Assembly: GCF_009834535.1 (NCBI RefSeq)
Contig: NC_045696.1
Location: forward strand, 29,824,001 to 29,888,000
Origin: Camelus ferus
Lineage: Eukaryota
Direction: 5' to 3'
DNA length: 64,000 bases
The notes beneath the pieces were generated by a model. That model ran no database searches and was not told the origin of the DNA. It saw only the letters and a program-made list of their open reading frames with translations. This document shows, piece after piece, positions 1 to 13,389 of the stretch (positions within the stretch are counted from its first letter, which is position 1; each line of letters begins with the position of its first letter). Made by a program: the position numbers and the translations under genes.

Positions 1-28
1 GGGCCGTTTTCATCTTCTGCCAACGACA
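1..28 (-). other. Candidate exon start (3' splice acceptor) running off the window edge
   Basis: Minus strand reads ctctgttactggctgttaccttcccag|TGTCGTTGGCAG|AAGATGAAAACGGCCC. A second CAG lies 12 nt downstream. Confidence 0.35.
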
Positions 29-1229
29 CTGGGAAGGTAACAGCCAGTAACAGAGATCCCTGAAGTCTGTCAGCTTCACCTAGTCTTTACCTTTTGTCCT
101 TTGTCAAGTTTGAGTCACATTTCTTGACTCACACAGTAGGGCACTGAAACAGCTCCTTGGCACATTCATGTAATAGACTTCTAAGCAAAGATGCCATGCG
201 GTTTGCAGTCATCTTGTTCTGCCTTCTCCTTCCCACCTCGCAACTATCCTCATTTTCCCTACTCACTCATATGAATTCCTGCCGAGAATGAACCTATTAT
301 TAAGCCAGCATTGCTTCTCCTGCTACATTCTTATGTTAAATTAGTCCTCTTCATTGTTGCAAATAATAGGCAACCACTTATATATCAATGAAAATTCACT
401 GCACTGCTATGGGATTATTTCAGTCCTTGATAAACGACACATTCCTACCATTGTTTATGATTTTAAGTGATTTGAAGTCTGTGTTGCTTTAATTTTAAAT
501 CTTTTCTTTTAGAAGTAGTGACCAATCTTCCTCATATATTTAGCATATTTTTTCCTTGACTCCCTTAGAACAATGGATACTTAAACAGTGGCATCTTTTT
601 TTGCAGTGATTCTTAGCGTTGGCTTCTGCTTTTGAATATGCCAGTAGCAAAGCATGAATACAATACTAAAAATTCAGGGAAGCATGTTAATTTGTTTCCT
701 TAAGAATATGGAAGAGAATTTATGACTTTTTTTTCTGGTCAAGTCCTGAAGTCAGAAAAAGCCTCACTAGATTTTTTACAGCTCCCTTGGCCATTTACTT
801 TCCTTGAGGTCCTACCTTGTCCCAGCCACAGTGTTAGGTCTCTCACACATACTGTCGCTCTTAGAACTTGAAATAACTGCAAAGTAGGGGTTATTATGTC
901 CATTTTACTTATATGAAAACTGGTTAGGATTTACAAGAATCTTACATTAATAGAGTATTCAGTCTGCAAAGGTCATATATATCTGCAATTTAAAAATATC
1001 TTACATTAAGAAAGTATTCTATCTGGAAAGCTCATCTATATCTGCAATGTACTAAAATTCACTGATACAATCCACTAAGCAAAAACTTTCTCCCCATGCT
1101 TGGAGAAGAAGAATCAAAAAAAAAAAAATCACAACATATATTGTGCATAAAATAAACCTGTATATATTTAGTTTAAAGAGTAATGATAAAACGGACATAT
1201 ATGTACTTGCTACTCCCTTAAGTAAAAGA

Positions 1230-1570
1230 ACCTACCATCTTGATGTGTCTGTCCTGGGCCTGGTTTCGGGTCCATTGCTCTGTCTCACAGGAAGGATGGC
1301 CCTTGCAGGCTACATTACCTGAGTTCCCTTCCACCTCCATTAGGTCAGGGTGAACTGCATCTTGGGTAGCTTCCCCAGCAGTGGCTGTGAATTCTGCATG
1401 GCTCTTGGATGAGCCCAAGTGGTTCCATTCTGGGCTCTGATAAGACCACCTCCCTCTTTTTCCTCTTTAGCTCAGAGATAACAGTGGCTCTTGTTTTTGC
1501 TAAATCCTGGCTTACCTCACTCTCTCCTATTTGGTTTGTCAGCTCTTCCATCATGTATGTCAGTAATTTT
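1230..1570 (+). mobile_element. ERVL-type LTR fragment (LTR33-like)
   Basis: gctaaatcctggcttacctcact...tttggtttgtcagctcttccatca resembles the LTR33-group 3' region (from recall). Confidence 0.45.
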
Positions 1571-1639
1571 TTATGAAATTTCTTATAATGCAAAATAATG
1601 TCATTTTTTAATTGCTGAATGATTGACCTTAGAAGCCCT

Positions 1640-2210
1640 GTGTGCTCCTCCTTGATCATACCTCTCATCCAACACCAGAAGGAACCACTATCCTGATTTT
1701 TGACTTTAGCATTCTCTTGATTTTCCTCATTGGTCTTACCACTTATGTATCCTTAAACACTATATTTTTTACTTTTGTCAGTTTTGTACTTTATGTAAAT
1801 GGAATCATACAATGTGTTCTCTTATATGTCTTGCTTTTTTTTAACAATATGTTTTTGAGATGCATGCATATTATATACTCAGAAGTTCATTAATTCTCTC
1901 TGCAGCATAGTATTCTACTGTATGTAAGAGTGCAATTTATCTATTCTATGTGATGGACTTTTATCTGTTTCCAGTTTTTACTCTTATGAATATGTTACTA
2001 TGAACATTTTGATAAATGTTTCCTGGTACATATGCACAAGAGTTTCTCTAGTACATATGCCTACTAGTGGAATTAAAGGGCTGTAGACCGCATAAACGTT
2101 CAGGTTTACATAATTCCAAACTGTTTCCCAAAGTGATTGTACCAGTTTATAATCCCACTAGTGGAAAAGTGTCCAGGTCACTACAAATCCTAGCCAGCAC
2201 CTGGTTTTAT
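1640..2210 (-). mobile_element. Ancient L1M 3' fragment
   Basis: Antisense L1 3' hallmarks: aaatggaatcataca, tagtattctactgtatg, tgtttccagttttt, ctatgaacatt, tagtggaatt, ttgtaccagttta. Confidence 0.8.
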
Positions 2211-3648
2211 TGAGTATTAAAGAGTCAAGTGAAGACAAAATCTACATAACATATCTAAATAAGCTATTTTCTATGCTTTCTTACAGTGAGATACCCTTGT
2301 GTTGACACTTCTTGTCTGTAATGCAAGCAAATGCAAATATTTCTATAATGTCTATGTATAAAACTTTGTTTATAGATAAGAAGACTTCCGTAGATCATTA
2401 CAGTCAAATTTCCTTTTTATGGAGGTTAGGTCATTCGTTAAACGTAGCTAGTTAGAGGATAAGAGGATATAAATAGGTAACTCTGTATCTCGTATTTCGC
2501 TGAAGTCCCAAGATGAAGAGGAAGAAAAAAATAGGGGAAAAACCATTTCAAAGTGAGGTTTTAGATCACCTACTCATAGCTTGCTGAGGAGATTCCCCGA
2601 ACAGATTTTATAATGCTTAGCCCAATACTCAGTTGAAGGAAAAAAATGTTGAGATTAAAGAGATTAAGAAAAAAATATTTCTTTGGAGAAACATGTTGCA
2701 TTCTGGTAGTATTCTCACTGCCCCTGGGAGAAGGGAATAAAATGCTTTTCTTTCACTTCATGCAGAATCTGAGGGGCTTCCATGGAATGTCTTGGAGAAC
2801 TCGAGTTGGGTCACCTGAATATTTAGGCACAAAGGATGGTGCTATGTCCATTCCTAGAAAACTGTAAAAGCAGAGGCTGTGGCTGGGTAGTTGCTCTGAT
2901 GGGATGGTGAAGAGACATGCTTCACTGAAAGTCACCTGCCCACCAAGTGTTTGACAAATTGGAGAATCTGTTGACTGAAGGTGGGCTTGAGAAATAGTTT
3001 TTTGCTAGAAGATTTGACTGGAAGGACTGTGTGGCCTGGATAGAGAGCTTGAACAGGGTGGATTGATAGAGGTTGAGAAGGAAGATTTAGCAACACAACA
3101 GAGAGAAACTTTGCCATGTCAGGTTTGCGACATTTGGACATTCCCAGGATGTGTGGGTGTGCAGTGGGGTGGTGTTTTTCAAAGATTCTACAAAAGAAAG
3201 ATTCATCTTTGAACATACACCAAGATGAGAGATCACCAATCCCAGATCTCTGAAGTACCAGTAAATCAGTAGAGTTAGACTTTTCTGCTCTTTTCCTCTT
3301 TCCTTCTTCCTCTTCCCAGTTCCACCAGGAGCTGAGTGATGGATGGTGGGGAAAAAAAGAGGAGCACCGGACGGGGAAATAGAAAGTCAGCCATGCTGTC
3401 TTACCATGAGGTTCAGCACAAAGATTGCCAGTGCTGAGCCAGAGTACAACTCCAAATTTAAATGAATTTCTGAGTTTTGGTATTACATCACTGAACAACT
3501 TAATTACCTGAATGAAAATGTTTTGTGAATAAGAGTGACAAGAGAACCTTTGAAAGTGATGAGAAAAAAAAAATCATAAGGAAGAAAGACAGTTTGAATA
3601 TAAACAGTTACCTCTTCTCTATCTGAAACTTATACTAAAAGTTCAGTA

Positions 3649-3722
3649 AATATATATATGTATATATATTTATGTATGTGTGTGTATATATTTTATATAC
3701 ATATGTATATATACGTATGTAT
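3649..3722. repeat. (TA)/(TG) compound microsatellite
   Basis: atatatatatgtatatatatttatgtatgtgtgtgtatata... Confidence 0.85.
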
Positions 3723-4479
3723 TTTAAGGCATAAATCCAGAGGCAAAGCAATTTGGAGAGAAGGTGATAGCAGATCTAGCAGTAAAAGTTTTTGAGGCTG
3801 GAAACCAGCAGGACAACTGGTAACAGATAGAGTAGAACCAAAAAAGCTGAACCCTCCGCAGTGGGAGGCTGACAGTCAATTCGATTTAATTAAAGAATTA
3901 CTGAAAGGCTCAGGAATTGGCTAGCACTAGAGACCTGTAGAAGTGGAGGTGAAGTTGGGTGAAGCAGAATCATTGGATTTCTGTTTAAAAACCATTAGAA
4001 TCTCTAGATTCCCTCCAGACTGTTGGATGCCCTTCCTCTGTTCCTCCGTAGCCCTTGTCTATCTTTCTATATTTCCAAATAACGTACTTTGTAGTCTCCT
4101 TCCTGATGTCTCACATTTAGGTAGTATCTTTTTACTTCTCCACACATTTTTCTATCCCTTGTAGTTTTACTATCATTTTGGATGATTAATATATCATGTA
4201 TATATTATTTGGACTATGTAAATGGTATTTCCTGCTAAGCCATGTAGGATAATTTTTTCCCTGAAAAAATTTTTGTTTTTCATGGCATTAATAAATGCCT
4301 TTCTTTTTAAAACTTGATTGGTTTATATGCCTATATCTAGAGGAATAAAGTTATGAGTCATACAGAATGTTCAGTAAGATAAGAACACCCACATTCACAG
4401 GACTAAGGCTTTGAGGAAAAACTGAATTTGAGGATAAAGCAACAGAGCTTAGAATTAGAATCACCAGGCAAGTCATATT

Positions 4480-6270
4480 GATTGAGGAGGCTGGATGTCA
4501 CTTCAGTTCTATAAATCTGATATGCTGTAGTCTTAGCACTGTGTTAGGCCCTTAGAACACAGACTCATTTTCAATATGGTCAGTACTTCACCTGTCACAT
4601 TCTAGTGTTGTCAGAGAGACAAATGATCAAAAATTATATCACAGTGTATTTGAAGAAGCGTATAGTGGTGGAGATGATGGTAAATCATGAAAAACTTCTC
4701 AGAGTTATGAGGCATGATGACTCTTATAGGACAGGTAGGAATTAACTAGATGGAGGGAAGTTTCGGACAAAGAGTAAATATTTTCAGAATAGCTTGGTGT
4801 AATATTTTAGAGGAAATATTTTTCAGTGCTCTTGAGGATAAATCTGGAGGGAGTTAGTTCAGTGTGGAGCTAATGCAATAGTATAGGCAGAAAATGATAA
4901 GAAATTAAACTAATAACACTGTCCAGAAAGCAAGGAGCTGATTTTTTTTTTTTAAGCAAGGAGCTGATTTGAGAGCTGGTATAGCGTTTGAATTCACAGG
5001 ACAGTGTTACTACTGGGACGTTTGAGGGATGCAGCAGACTCCTGGGTAGCATAGATGCTTTTGTTTGGAGTTACTAGATGGACAGCCATGCCATTCACTG
5101 AGATACTCACATAGAAAGAAGGTAGATTTGGGTGGGAAAAGATGACTTTTATATCTATTGAGTGTATATTATTTGTGAAAGGTATGCGTGAAGAAAATGA
5201 TGAGGTAGGATAAAATCTTGAGATGTAAATGATGTTTTAATTCCTTCTCTTAGAATCAGTTGATCTATCCACTAGCCCAGGCAGTTAGGATTCTACTTTA
5301 CTACCAGAGAAAAGATGATCAATATAAAGTAGACCCAAAGAGTTAATTCTTAGGTTTGATTCCCATTAGTTTAGGCCTTGCCGTAGAGGAAAGATTGTGA
5401 AAAACATTCATCATGAAAAAAGATTAAAATACTTCTTTTCTGCAAACTTCCTCCCCTCCCTATACTAGAAAAAAAATTTATGGTTTCCAGAAAGGGAACT
5501 CTCTTAACTCCAGAGTCTGGAGATTTCACAGATTACAGTGTTCCCTCATAATAAGCAAGGGCAAGAAGACAAGAAATCTTCTGGTATTTCTAGGTAGGCT
5601 GGCCAGAGAGGGCATCACAGACTTTCCCACAGCCTTGAGTGGTTTGGGATCAAAAAAGTATTCTCCATGAACCTTAGAATGTCTCATACTTGGCTAAAAG
5701 TGGGCTGAATTGAATGATGTCAGGGCAGAGGAGGTTGCAGCACTGATTTTGTGGATGGATGAGCAAAGTACAAACTGGAAACAGAAACATCTCAGCAAAT
5801 GACAGAGTGGGTATGTAAACAGATTGTCTTCAAACCGTACTGTGTCACCTGAATTTACAAGCAAGTCTAGGGAGAAACAGATTGCTCCTTCCACTGATTG
5901 AATTGTTTTCATTATCAGGTGAAATGTGTTCTCAAAATAGAAATTAAGTTTAATTATGGAAAAATAAGGAGTATTCATTTATTAGATATAGTGCTTTCAC
6001 AGACATATTCATATCTGCTGTATGGGATAGATAATTGGATACGCTCTCCTGGCATGCGATTGATAAAGCTCATCTGGAGGTATTGACTTGGAAGTCATCA
6101 ATGTATCTGTGGTGTTAGAAAGCCTAGCAAAAATCAGATGATTTTGGTAGCATGTGGAGCAAGAGAGGAAAAGATTTAAGGGCAATAATGTCTGAAGAAC
6201 AAGGTTCAAACAGGTTGAAGAAGATGGTCCCTTGAAGAATACTGAGGAAGCATTTTTAGAGAAGCCTTCT
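4480..6270 (-). mobile_element. L2 relic, interrupted at about 5220-5990
   Basis: Purine-rich L2 antisense hallmarks gccattcactgagat, gtagatttgggtggg and ttggaagtcatcaatgtat. Confidence 0.55.
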
Positions 6271-9200
6271 TTTGAAGGAGTAGTCTTCATCTGAAAGTCT
6301 AATGTTGCAGGCCTTGCATTTCAATTCAAAAGGGCTATCATCTAATGTGTCTAGGTTTCAAGAAAAAATGTATATTACTAACATAAAAATGTTCTCTTGC
6401 TTTTCATCATTTACATAAGTAAGCTGAATGACTCCTGCAGTTCTTTGTTTTATATTAACTTTGACTTCAGGCAGAAAGGGGAATTTGAATGCTGGTACAT
6501 ATGAACATTTCCACGAGCTTTATTTTAAACAAAAATCAGTGTTTACCACCCCCCCACATCCCACCCTCCGCCAAAACAAAGAACACACACACACGCAAAA
6601 CAGACTCCAAATGACTTGCACTAGATTATGGGCAAGCTATGGTGCATCACAACAACCGTATGACTGAACAGCTGTAAAACTGGAACTTGGTAACTTTGTG
6701 ATTTTTGAGTCTTTGTTAAAGTTTCATTTGTCTTCAAGTAACCCATAGTAATGCATTTAGTCTGGTGTGCACACTGGTATTCTTGAGTACTTCAGAGATA
6801 TAGACTCTTATTTAGGATGAAGCTGAGGAGGCTGCCAACACTTCATGTGTCAGCCTTGGTAAAAACTGATGTTCATGTGCTTCTGTCAGTTGTCACCTGG
6901 GATGGATTTCAGTTGCCATTGTGAATATAAAAAGCTCACTATCCCATTACTAATTCCCATGAGTTATTTAGTCCTGTCTTTCTTTTTCTAAAGGTTAAAG
7001 TCTTATCTTTCTGCTAAAAAGTTAGATAATTAACATTCTCACTTACAATGCTTCCATAACATCTGTAGATTATGCACCATTAATCAAGTTCCTCTGCAGG
7101 CATGATTGACTTTTGTAAGGAAACTTAGGGAATAAATCCTTTCTCTTTAGTAATAACTTTGTTGTTATTATGCTTAAAAAAATCCTTTTCTGAGAAACTC
7201 AATTTAGAGTAACAGTCTCAAGCTACTTAAAATGGGTATTATAAAACCATATAACAGAAATAAGAGTAAATGACGTATCCTATAATCTTTGAGTGCTGAT
7301 ATCTCTTTGCATTAAAAACTTTAGAATTTGTGATTTCCAAAGCATTGCATATTTATAATATCATTTGTATTGACATTTAAATTCTCCATTTTCAAATGAC
7401 AGAAGCAAAAATTAAGGATACATACTTTATTAGCATTTTAACTTGAATTTAGAATTCAGTTGTATGGAAAAGATACATATATATAAACAAATTTTTTTGT
7501 TTTTTTAACATTTTAACATCAGATTTTTAACATTGTAGAGTTACAAGTGCAGAATTATTTGTCAAGAGCACCTGCACAAGGCAAGTGCTGGGCATTTATA
7601 GAAAATATGTCCTAGAAACGATTTGTTCATGAAAAAAATCTGTTTTATATCTGTGATGTTTCCTTGACATTTTCTTTCTGCTATCGGTTTCCTGTAATGC
7701 CTCCTTGATCTGTCTGAGGAGATAGATTGTGGGAATTTTTTGGATGCTTTAGATTTCTATTAAACATAGAAATAAAACCTCTTTTTTTTCCATCATAAGA
7801 CCTTGTTTTCATTCTCTCCCTCATGTTTCCTTCTCATTTCTTTTTCTTTTCCCTAAGTGAGAGGTACAAAATACTAAAGCACCTTAAAGAAAATAAGTTA
7901 ACATAAGATTTTGTTGGTTGGACAACAAAAAACACACATGAATTGGGTCAATAAAACCAAGTATCAGTATTGGATGCCATAAATATTAATAAAATGTCTT
8001 GACCTAAATGGCTCTTTCTCTAAATTTTGAATATAAGAAAAATTTTCACACAAAAAAAGACTGACAACCTTAACATAGAGGCATAGATTTTTAATTTCAG
8101 TAGTAGTCACAAAGATGATTTTTTTTAGGCGGAGGATTCAGAGTGTTGGAAAAGAGTAGTCACAATAAAAAGAAAACAGGTTAGTGCCAATAGATTTTGA
8201 TTAGGCAATTGGGTAACATTGTAAGAGTCTAGGTATCTGTTGAAAATCATCAATTAATCAAGATCTTCATATAAGACTAAGGTTTTGAAAAGGTGATACA
8301 TGGAATAATTAGTCATCAAGCAACTTGTCTCTATTTAAAAAATGCTTATGAAAATCATTACATTTAGTGTTCACTTAAAGTTTGATCTCTAACCATTTAA
8401 ATACTTTTATAAATTAGCTTATATTGACCTTTATTTCTTCTATTTCTGGTGATCTGCTATTCCTCCTTAAAGAGGGAAAGAAAGTGTCTTCTCTGTGAAG
8501 GTTTCGGAACCCTTTTATTAAAAAATAATCCTTTTCCTTGCTGTGAGCCTATATAATTTGAAATAGAGCTTAATTGATCACTTTGCATCTTACTTTTTGT
8601 TTATGTGTTTTGTTTCTCCATGTTAAATGTGATCTTGGCAAGGGCAAAGACCTTCAGCCATCATATTCCCAGAAATGAGTTCAGTGCCTGACACAAGCAG
8701 CCATAGTTTAAAAACATATGTAAAAATACAGAAATGTATATTCTTAGAGTTAGAAACATGAAGGGATATAATTAATATCTTGAGCTTAGGAAATGCTTAC
8801 TTGCTTTTTCAGCTACAAACAGCCTTCATGGTTTATTATTACTTCCTAATGGAAGACTAAATTAAGAGTAAAAATGACTAAGATCAGAGATGTAAGTTGC
8901 AGATGGATTAAAAACTGTACAATTCAAACATTGTCAGGAAAAAAACTTGTGATGTAAATATTTTGTAACCCTGTACTTAAATGAATCCTTATTTAAAAAA
9001 AAATTGGGGGAGGTGGGCATGAAGATCATCAGAAATTAAGCATTTGAAGAATGAGAATGCATTTCTGTATTTGCCTTACTTACATTTTAAGTAAAGCAAA
9101 CATAATGATGTCTGAGCAAGTATTGAAGCTATCAAGTACCAATTTGTACTTAGATTGAATGGCTGAGTACCCTTAAAACTGTGTTGTATCCACAGTTCAG

Positions 9201-10029
9201 TAGTTATAGATACAAGTATTTTACTTGCATGTTTGTTCTCATCACTTTGAATTTTAAATGTATATGTTCCTTTTATTCTTGAGTAAACTGAGAGCAAAGT
9301 TGACCAAAGACATGGAAATTGTTCTTCTACTGAGACTTAGTGTAAGTACACTCAGCTTCTTAGCTCTAATCTTCCTCTCTCTCCCTCCCCCTTCCCTCTC
9401 TCTCTTTCACTATGTGTATATTCTTGTTTGGACAAAAAGTTTGGGGGGGTATTTTTTTTTTTACTAATATATCCCTAATAATTAAAACAGTGGCTGACAC
9501 ATAATAGGAACTCAATAAATATTTGTGGATGGCTGCACACTTCTATATTACCAAGGTAGACCATACATTGAAACAGAAGTCATAGCCTTTGTTTAGTAGC
9601 TGGTGATACCCAGATGACTAGATCACCTCTAATACACATTAATAAGTTTCATTAAACAATCTTGCTGCTAAATTAGAAATATCTTTATTCAATTCTCAGT
9701 CCAGTATTCAACAAAGATCAACTAATCACAAAACCCTGTGAGTAAGGCTTTGTTGGTATCTATCTCCAAGACCAGAGGCCGAATGGATATGAACCTATTT
9801 CCTCTAATAAATCAGTTTAAACATAGATTGCAATATAATAAAACATATTTTCTAAAAGACGTAATTATAAATATTATCAACAAGATAGAAATCAAGTGTT
9901 TACTGAGCTGTCTGTAGAGCTTCCCTGGCAAAAAGAATGCTTAGCTCTAACAGCAACATATAAGGTTTATGGATATCCAATAATCTTAACATTTTAGAGA
10001 TGAAATTTTTAGTTTTGCTTGTTTGAAAC

Positions 10030-10410
10030 TGTCTTTCTTACACAGAGGACAAGCAGAAACCGAAGGAAAAGGCAGACTACTCTAGATTGGCAGGTGGCAG
10101 TTTTAATAAACAAGGGAACTTATGAAACTTGTCTTGGGTGATGGATGGCAAGACAAGTAGATTTCTGCACCCGTCCACCAGAATCTTGAGTTTATATAAA
10201 GCTTTAACTGAGTGCAGTTGTATGCACAGTCCAGATGGTCTCAACAACACCTTACTCTTTTAAGGCTATGTCCTTGGAATAGCTCTCACTGTGGGAACAT
10301 TGGTAGCGTGTACATTCCAAGGACAGGAGACGAGGTGAAGAGACTCTTATTGCCAGGGTTCAGATCGTGGATGAACCAGTGGTCAGATTCTCCTTGATTA
10401 CCTTCTCCAA
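10030..10410 (-). mobile_element. ERV-like solo LTR (boundaries approximate)
   Basis: GC-richer ~380-bp block with a TATA-like tttatataaa (10191-10200). ATTAAA follows about 85 bp downstream on the minus strand (10102-10107), matching U3-R geometry. Confidence 0.55.
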
Positions 10411-12782
10411 GTTTAGAAAGTCATTATTTCTGGGACCTTACACTTTTAAATGAAGGAATGAGATGTAGAGCATTTAAGATTGAGCAAGGAGACATTGTGA
10501 GACAGTAAGTCCTCAGAAGAGAATCCATGACTCTTGGCTCCCCATTTAAAGCCTGTTTCAGTACACCCCTATTGTTCAGTATACCCCATAATTAATAAAA
10601 ATCCTCATCTATCCAAAAGTTAAACCAATTTTACTATTATTATAAAGTAGAATTAAATGCCTTAATGTAAGTAACAGTCATTCAAGCAAATCAGAGCAGG
10701 AAGCCATGTTTTTCTTAATCAATAGAAAACTGCATCATCTGTATAATTTATATATTATGAAGAGATACAACATGTGAAAATTTTGAGAATGTCAATGTAG
10801 ATGATCCCAGACTTCCTGAGCCCTTGTCATTATGATAGGCCATGATTTTCCTTGAGTTATTTCAATTTCTCTGACTCCATTTTAAAAAAACTTAATGGTA
10901 ATCTCTGTTTCTGATCAGAGAATTTTTCAGAATCTCTGTTCCCGAAGGCTATTTTGTACCACCTTCCACTAACTGGAAGACTGTGTTTGGGAGACTGATG
11001 TGAAATGTTATCTTTGGATGTAGTAGATAATTCTTTAAAGCACTCCAGTGTTTGAAAAATGGTATGTGAATCGAAAAATGGTATGTGAATCAAAAAATAA
11101 TTAAAATAATTATGATGATGACAGAGGAAATCTTTTGGGGAAAGTATTTCAAACTGAATCATTGAATTTGTCTTTGAACATTTCAAGGTATTAACCAGAA
11201 AGGCAGACAATGGAACATATACAAATTAATATCTTGGTCAGGTGGAGAAGTTTAAAAAATCCTTTAATAGAACTGAAAGTGTAGCTATTGATTTCTTAGG
11301 AGATAGGATTGCTAAAGGCTGAATTGCTTCTGTGATTAAATCACAAGCTTCAGCTCTGGCATCAGTGTTTCCTTCAGTCAAAATCACAGAGGATATCTGC
11401 AGATCCCTAGAGCTGTTTCTCTGAGTAAACTAGTAAAACATAAATATTTCCCTGAGGGGTTTTGATCCAGTGTAGATTAGCTGCCTGAAGTTGATCATTT
11501 CAGTTTTTCTTTGAGAGATCTATAGAAACTAGTTACCTACTTGACTTGCCCTTTTGTATCTGAGAATTAAAACAGATAATGATTGAAACCTCTACATTTA
11601 CTTAGTACAGCGCAGGGCAACATGAAAATACAGGTTCCTAATGTTCAGCCTTTTATGTTTCTACCTTCTGGGTTAAACATTATTGCTTTTGGTGCTTGAA
11701 AATATTATATTCTAGAAAGGGAAGTTAGGTATTTAGAATTCAAAATTAATCACCAAACACTCTTTAATCTCATAAGTAAAATAAACCACTACTAAAAAAA
11801 TAATCTTATGAAACAAATTACACATACACCATATCCCCAAAACCCCAATGCAGCTTGCAATAATAAAATGATTAAGGGGTGGGGGTGGGGGTCGGGGTGG
11901 GTTGGAAGACAGGTAAAGTTTTAATCAAATACTTTTATTGGACAATCTCAACTTGGTTATATACAAACCCAAGATAGTTTCTTTTTCTCCAATCATTACC
12001 TTCAACCATGTTTCATTGATTATCCTTTTTCTAACCCATAAAAACATCTTAGAAGATCCCAAGTTTTCCTATCACTGTCTGTTATTAAAGAGTGCAATCT
12101 TATCTTGTCCAATTTAAAATTTGAATTTCATCATTGTCTTTCCTCCCAAGGATGGCTAAGGAGTCATGGCATTTTCATGATTCCACCCCTTTGCCCTTCA
12201 CTCTAGATCTGATTACCCCATTGACAGTGGCGGGAGGAGACATTGCAGAAACAGGCAATAATGTTTTAATACCACCGATACATTTCCTTTCTCTGAATAC
12301 TTATGTACATTACAATGGCAAGATGCTGTTGTCTTTTGTCTGGCAGACATCAAATGCTGCTCTTCAGACACAAGGGTGATTCTTTGGGGGTTATGAGATG
12401 TTCCTTTCCATCTCACAATCCCAGAGGCAGGAGATGCATTGGTTTTAATTCCTTCAACCTCCTTTCCTTTCTTCCCTCCACCTCCAAAAGTTCCAGCCCT
12501 TTTCTCTGTGGCTCTCTGTGGTCTGCCGTCACTGGTTGGGGACCAGGGAGGTGACTCTAATCAGGGTACCTCCTCTAATCTGCTGCAGTCTCACACCTCC
12601 AATCATGGAAATGCAGGCTGTTCCATTGTTCTTGTTTCTTCACATTGTCTTTTCTAGGCAGTTTTCTTTTCTACCTGCTTATGTAGGTACCAGAAGATTA
12701 GTGAGCTCATGGCATAAGCCAACTTTCAATGTGATGCCAATCTCCCCTTCTGGAAAAAGTTACTCTTCATTTAGTTGTTGGG

Positions 12783-12891
12783 TAGGGTGACCATATATTC
12801 CATTATCCAAACCAGGTGACTTTTGAGACTACAAGGGGCTAGAGACACCAGCCAGGACTTTCCTAGGCAAACCTAGAGATGTATTACCCTA
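12783..12891. mobile_element. hAT-Blackjack MITE, MER81/MER94-like
   Basis: TIRs tagggtga...ttacccta, with internal ccaggactttcctaggcaaacc. Confidence 0.7.
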
Positions 12892-13389
12892 TTAATGGAG
12901 AGTAGGGAGTACTCTATTGGTAGGGCTGTCCCTTGTGAGTAGAGTAAGCCATGGTACACTCTTCCTAGGATAGAGAGATTCTCCTCCCTTTCTCCCTCTA
13001 GCATTCAGTTTATTTTGGGGGAAGGCATAGGGTAGTGGAGGTTAATGATGTTGGCAGCAAAGTGAGTTTGGCTACAATCAAGATGTCTGACTCCCAGTTA
13101 CTTTTGCTTCAGTTTAGACTATTAAGTATTTGATACCTCTTTGTTCTTAGCTTTTAATCATTCCTATCAGTTATGAGGCAAGAAGAATGTAGGCTGTTCA
13201 ACTTCAACTTAAATGTAGAAATTTAATTCCAAAAATCAGATATTTCAGGAATCATGATTTTATATAGGATTAATGTAACTCGTGTAACTTATTTCCAACT
13301 AACCATGTGGGTGGTGTGATTTTCCAGAAGAAAGGCACTAACATTCCAAGACTATTGCCTTCTCAATAACTTTCATTCTACAATTATAT

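Noticed and set aside
2932..3498. 188-aa minus-strand ORF
   Set aside because: Non-ATG start and no recognisable domain; it lies in a purine-rich block that is probably an ancient LTR.
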